Source: an uncultured Gammaproteobacteria bacterium (GTDB lineage: Bacteria > Pseudomonadota > Gammaproteobacteria > UBA9214). From it: a stretch of DNA of 64,000 nucleotides. Below, piece by piece: positions 61,460 to 64,000 of this stretch. The notes below the pieces were generated by a model, which was not told the DNA's origin, did not search any database, and saw only the letters and a list, made by a program, of their open reading frames with translations. The DNA lies in assembly GCA_963748215.1 (NCBI GenBank), contig CAVVHS010000007.1, positions 416,001 to 480,000 of the forward strand, in the 5' to 3' direction. Within the stretch, counting starts at the first letter, position 1. Every line of letters starts with the position of its first letter. The translations under genes were made by a program, and so were the position numbers.

Positions 61460-63166
61460 ATGAAATTCGCGCTCTGCTGGCATATGCACCAGCCCTATTA
61501 CCGCGACGAGCTGCACGGTGAATACCACCTGCCGTGGGTGTATCTGCACGCCATGAAGGACTACTCCGACATGGCATGGCACCTGGAGCAACACCCGGGC
61601 ATGCGCCTGGTGGTGAATTTTGCGCCGGTGCTGCTGGAACAGCTGCTCGACTACACCGCCCAGATCGGCAAATTCCTCGACAGCGGCAAGCCGATGAGTG
61701 ATCCCCTGCTGAACCTGCTGGCGGGCGTGACACCGGTTCCGCCGGACAACAAGGCGCGCCACCGCATCATCCGGCATTGCCAGCGCTGCAATGCGTCGAC
61801 CATGATCGACCCCTGGCCCGCCTACAAGGCGCTCATCGAGTATCAGCGACGCCTGCTGGAACCCGAGACCACGCCAGCGAGGGAGCCGATGGCGCTGGGC
61901 TACCTGAACGAACAGTATTTCCATGACCTGTTGACCTGGTACCACCTGACCTGGCTGGGTCACGCCTACAAGCAGCAACATAAAGTTCGCGCACTGCTGG
62001 ACAAGGGCGCTGGCTATACCCAGGAAGACCGCCTCGGCCTGCTGGGCATGATTCACAAATGCATCGGCGACATCATTCCTCGCTACCGGAGTCTGGCCGG
62101 GCGTGGGCAGATCGAGCTGTCCATGACGCCGTGGGGCCACCCGATTGTGCCGCTGCTGAATGATTTCGCGAATGCCAACTGCGCCGTACCGGAGTCCCCG
62201 CGGCCGAGCGCCATCAGCTATCCCGGCGGACGGAGCCGCAGCCGCTGGCACCTGCGGCAGGGCATCGAGCTGTTCGAGCGCTGCTTCGGCCGACGGCCGC
62301 AGGGTGTGTGGTTGTCCGAGGGCAGTATCAGCAAGGACGCCATGGAGCTGCTGGATGAATTCGACATGCAGTGGACGGCCTCCGGAGAAAATGTCTGGCG
62401 CAACAGCGCGCGCCTGTCCAAGCTGCCGGAGCAGGATATCACCAGCAAGCACGGACTGTTCCGGTCGCACCGTGCGGCCGGCGGCAAGTGCAGGATATTT
62501 TTCCGTGACGACGGGCTGTCCGACCTGATCGGATTCGAGTACCGCAACTGGGATGCCGGGGATGCCGTCGCCAACTTCGTCAATCACATCCGCAACATCA
62601 GCAAGTTCCTCGGCGCAGAGGCCAGGGATAGCTGTATCAGTGTCATCATGGATGGCGAAAACGCCTGGGAGTACTACCCCGACAACGGCGTGCACTTCAT
62701 CGACCGGCTGTACCGGGCCCTGATCGAGGAACCCGGTGTCGAACTGGTCACCTTCTCCGAAGCCGCCACGCTGCCGGCCGCCGAGATGCCGGAAATCTGC
62801 CCGGGCAGCTGGGTGTTCGGGTCCTTTTCCACCTGGATCGGCGACGTCGAGAAGAACCGCGCCTGGGACCTGCTGGTCGAGGCCAAGCGCGACTACGACC
62901 GCTTCATGGACATGACCACGCTGGACGAGCAGCAGCGCACCCGCATCACGCGCCAGCTTGGGATCTGCGAGGGTTCCGACTGGTTCTGGTGGTTCGGTGA
63001 CTACAACCCGAGCGAGTCGGTACAGGATTTCGATAAGCTGTACCGCAGCCAGTTGCGCATGCTGTACCAGCTGATGGACGTGCCCGCACCGCCGTCGCTG
63101 GAAATTCCCATCTCGCATGGCATGAGCCAGGTGCGTGGCGGTTCCGGTACCATGCGTCGTAACTAG
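61460..63166 (+). CDS. glycoside hydrolase family 57 protein
   Basis: WHMHQP, WLSEG, MDGENAWEYY, EGSDWFWW. Confidence 0.95.
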   Translation: MKFALCWHMHQPYYRDELHGEYHLPWVYLHAMKDYSDMAWHLEQHPGMRLVVNFAPVLLEQLLDYTAQIGKFLDSGKPMSDPLLNLLAGVTPVPPDNKARHRIIRHCQRCNASTMIDPWPAYKALIEYQRRLLEPETTPAREPMALGYLNEQYFHDLLTWYHLTWLGHAYKQQHKVRALLDKGAGYTQEDRLGLLGMIHKCIGDIIPRYRSLAGRGQIELSMTPWGHPIVPLLNDFANANCAVPESPRPSAISYPGGRSRSRWHLRQGIELFERCFGRRPQGVWLSEGSISKDAMELLDEFDMQWTASGENVWRNSARLSKLPEQDITSKHGLFRSHRAAGGKCRIFFRDDGLSDLIGFEYRNWDAGDAVANFVNHIRNISKFLGAEARDSCISVIMDGENAWEYYPDNGVHFIDRLYRALIEEPGVELVTFSEAATLPAAEMPEICPGSWVFGSFSTWIGDVEKNRAWDLLVEAKRDYDRFMDMTTLDEQQRTRITRQLGICEGSDWFWWFGDYNPSESVQDFDKLYRSQLRMLYQLMDVPAPPSLEIPISHGMSQVRGGSGTMRRN

Positions 63167-63283
63167 CCCTAGGCCGAGGCCGGCGGGCTCCGTGACGGCG
63201 TACCGGGGTGCCGGCTCGCTGTCTGCCTGGCACCTTGCCTTCTTCCAGCCCCGTTGACACGGTAAACAACGAGCAGCCATGCC

Positions 63284-64000
63284 ATGACCAGCAATCCCTT
63301 GTTACGCAGACGCAGCGGCATCCTGTTGCACCCCACCAGCCTGCCGTCGCGGCGGCTCGATGACGACGCGCAGCGCTGGCTGGATTTTCTCGCCGCCGCC
63401 GGGCAGGGGGTCTGGCAGGTGTTGCCGCTTGGCATGCCGTGCCGCGGCTATTCACCCTACCAGTGCCTGTCGGCGTTCGCCGCCAACCCGGCGCTGCTGC
63501 CGCTGGACTCCGATCTCCAGCCGCGCCCGGATGACACGGGTTACCGGCAATGGCAGCAGCAGCAGGCGTTCTGGCTGGAGGATTTCGCCGACTTCCTGTT
63601 GCTCAAGCAGATGCACGACGGCAAGCCCTGGTACGAATGGCCGGACGTCTACCGCCATCGCCGGCCCGGCGTTCTGGAGACGCTGCGGCGCAAGCACGCC
63701 CACCGGCTCGAGCTGATCCGCTGGCAGCAATTCCAGATATTCCGCACCTGGAATGCGATCCGGGCTGCGGCCACCGAGCGCGACATCCAGCTGTTCGGCG
63801 ACATGCCGATTTTCGTCGCGCATGACAGCGCCGATGTGTGGGCCGCACCGGAACGCTTTCTGCTCGACGAGGAGGGGCAGCTGACCTCGGTGACCGGTGT
63901 GCCGCCGGACTATTTTTCGGCCACCGGCCAGCGCTGGGGCAACCCGCACTACAACTGGCAGGTGCTCGCTGACGAGGGCTTCGTCTGGTGGCTGAAACGC
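63284..64000 (+). CDS. malQ: 4-alpha-glucanotransferase (runs off the window)
   Basis: Translated by hand from 63284: RRSGILLHPTSLP, WQVLPLG, SPYQCLSAFAANP, GDMPIFV, GVPPDYFS, GQRWGNP. Confidence 0.95.
   Translation, partial: MTSNPLLRRRSGILLHPTSLPSRRLDDDAQRWLDFLAAAGQGVWQVLPLGMPCRGYSPYQCLSAFAANPALLPLDSDLQPRPDDTGYRQWQQQQAFWLEDFADFLLLKQMHDGKPWYEWPDVYRHRRPGVLETLRRKHAHRLELIRWQQFQIFRTWNAIRAAATERDIQLFGDMPIFVAHDSADVWAAPERFLLDEEGQLTSVTGVPPDYFSATGQRWGNPHYNWQVLADEGFVWWLKR

Noticed and set aside
60071-63280. 1069-aa antisense ORF (also 18322-20421, 16566-18239, 42949-44745, 53403-55133)
   Set aside because: Shadow ORFs opposite well-supported high-GC genes, with no recognisable motifs

Overview
High-GC window, probably gammaproteobacterial. 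It has three parts. (1) About 1-13.7 kb is mixed housekeeping and accessory genes: zwf-pgl, an FKBP PPIase, a dockerin-SGNH hydrolase, a GNAT, a YjgN/M48 pair, a lipoprotein plus beta-barrel, tcdA, tatD and a gamma-glutamylcyclotransferase. (2) About 14-40 kb is an unusually complete, paralogue-rich cluster of the functionally uncharacterised circularly permuted ATP-grasp / alpha-E / transglutaminase / DUF2126 amidoligase / zinc peptidase / Anbu proteasome-like system, running directly into gltB. (3) About 41-64 kb is carbon storage and redox: fbaB, gltD, pckA, the hoxFUYHW NAD-reducing hydrogenase, a glucan phosphorylase fused to a PtsP-like GAF domain, an HPPD-like VOC protein, a CBM48 protein, a ROK glucokinase, pgi, glgC, GH57 and malQ. 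Five good sigma54 -24/-12 motifs, some with NtrC-like boxes, sit in front of the peptide-ligase operons, pckA and the VOC/GAF-phosphorylase operon, suggesting a nitrogen-status-controlled C/N island. Intergenic DNA holds REP/BIME arrays and two kinds of MITE. Several single-base frameshifts look like assembly errors. All family calls come from motif recognition by eye; no database searches were run.
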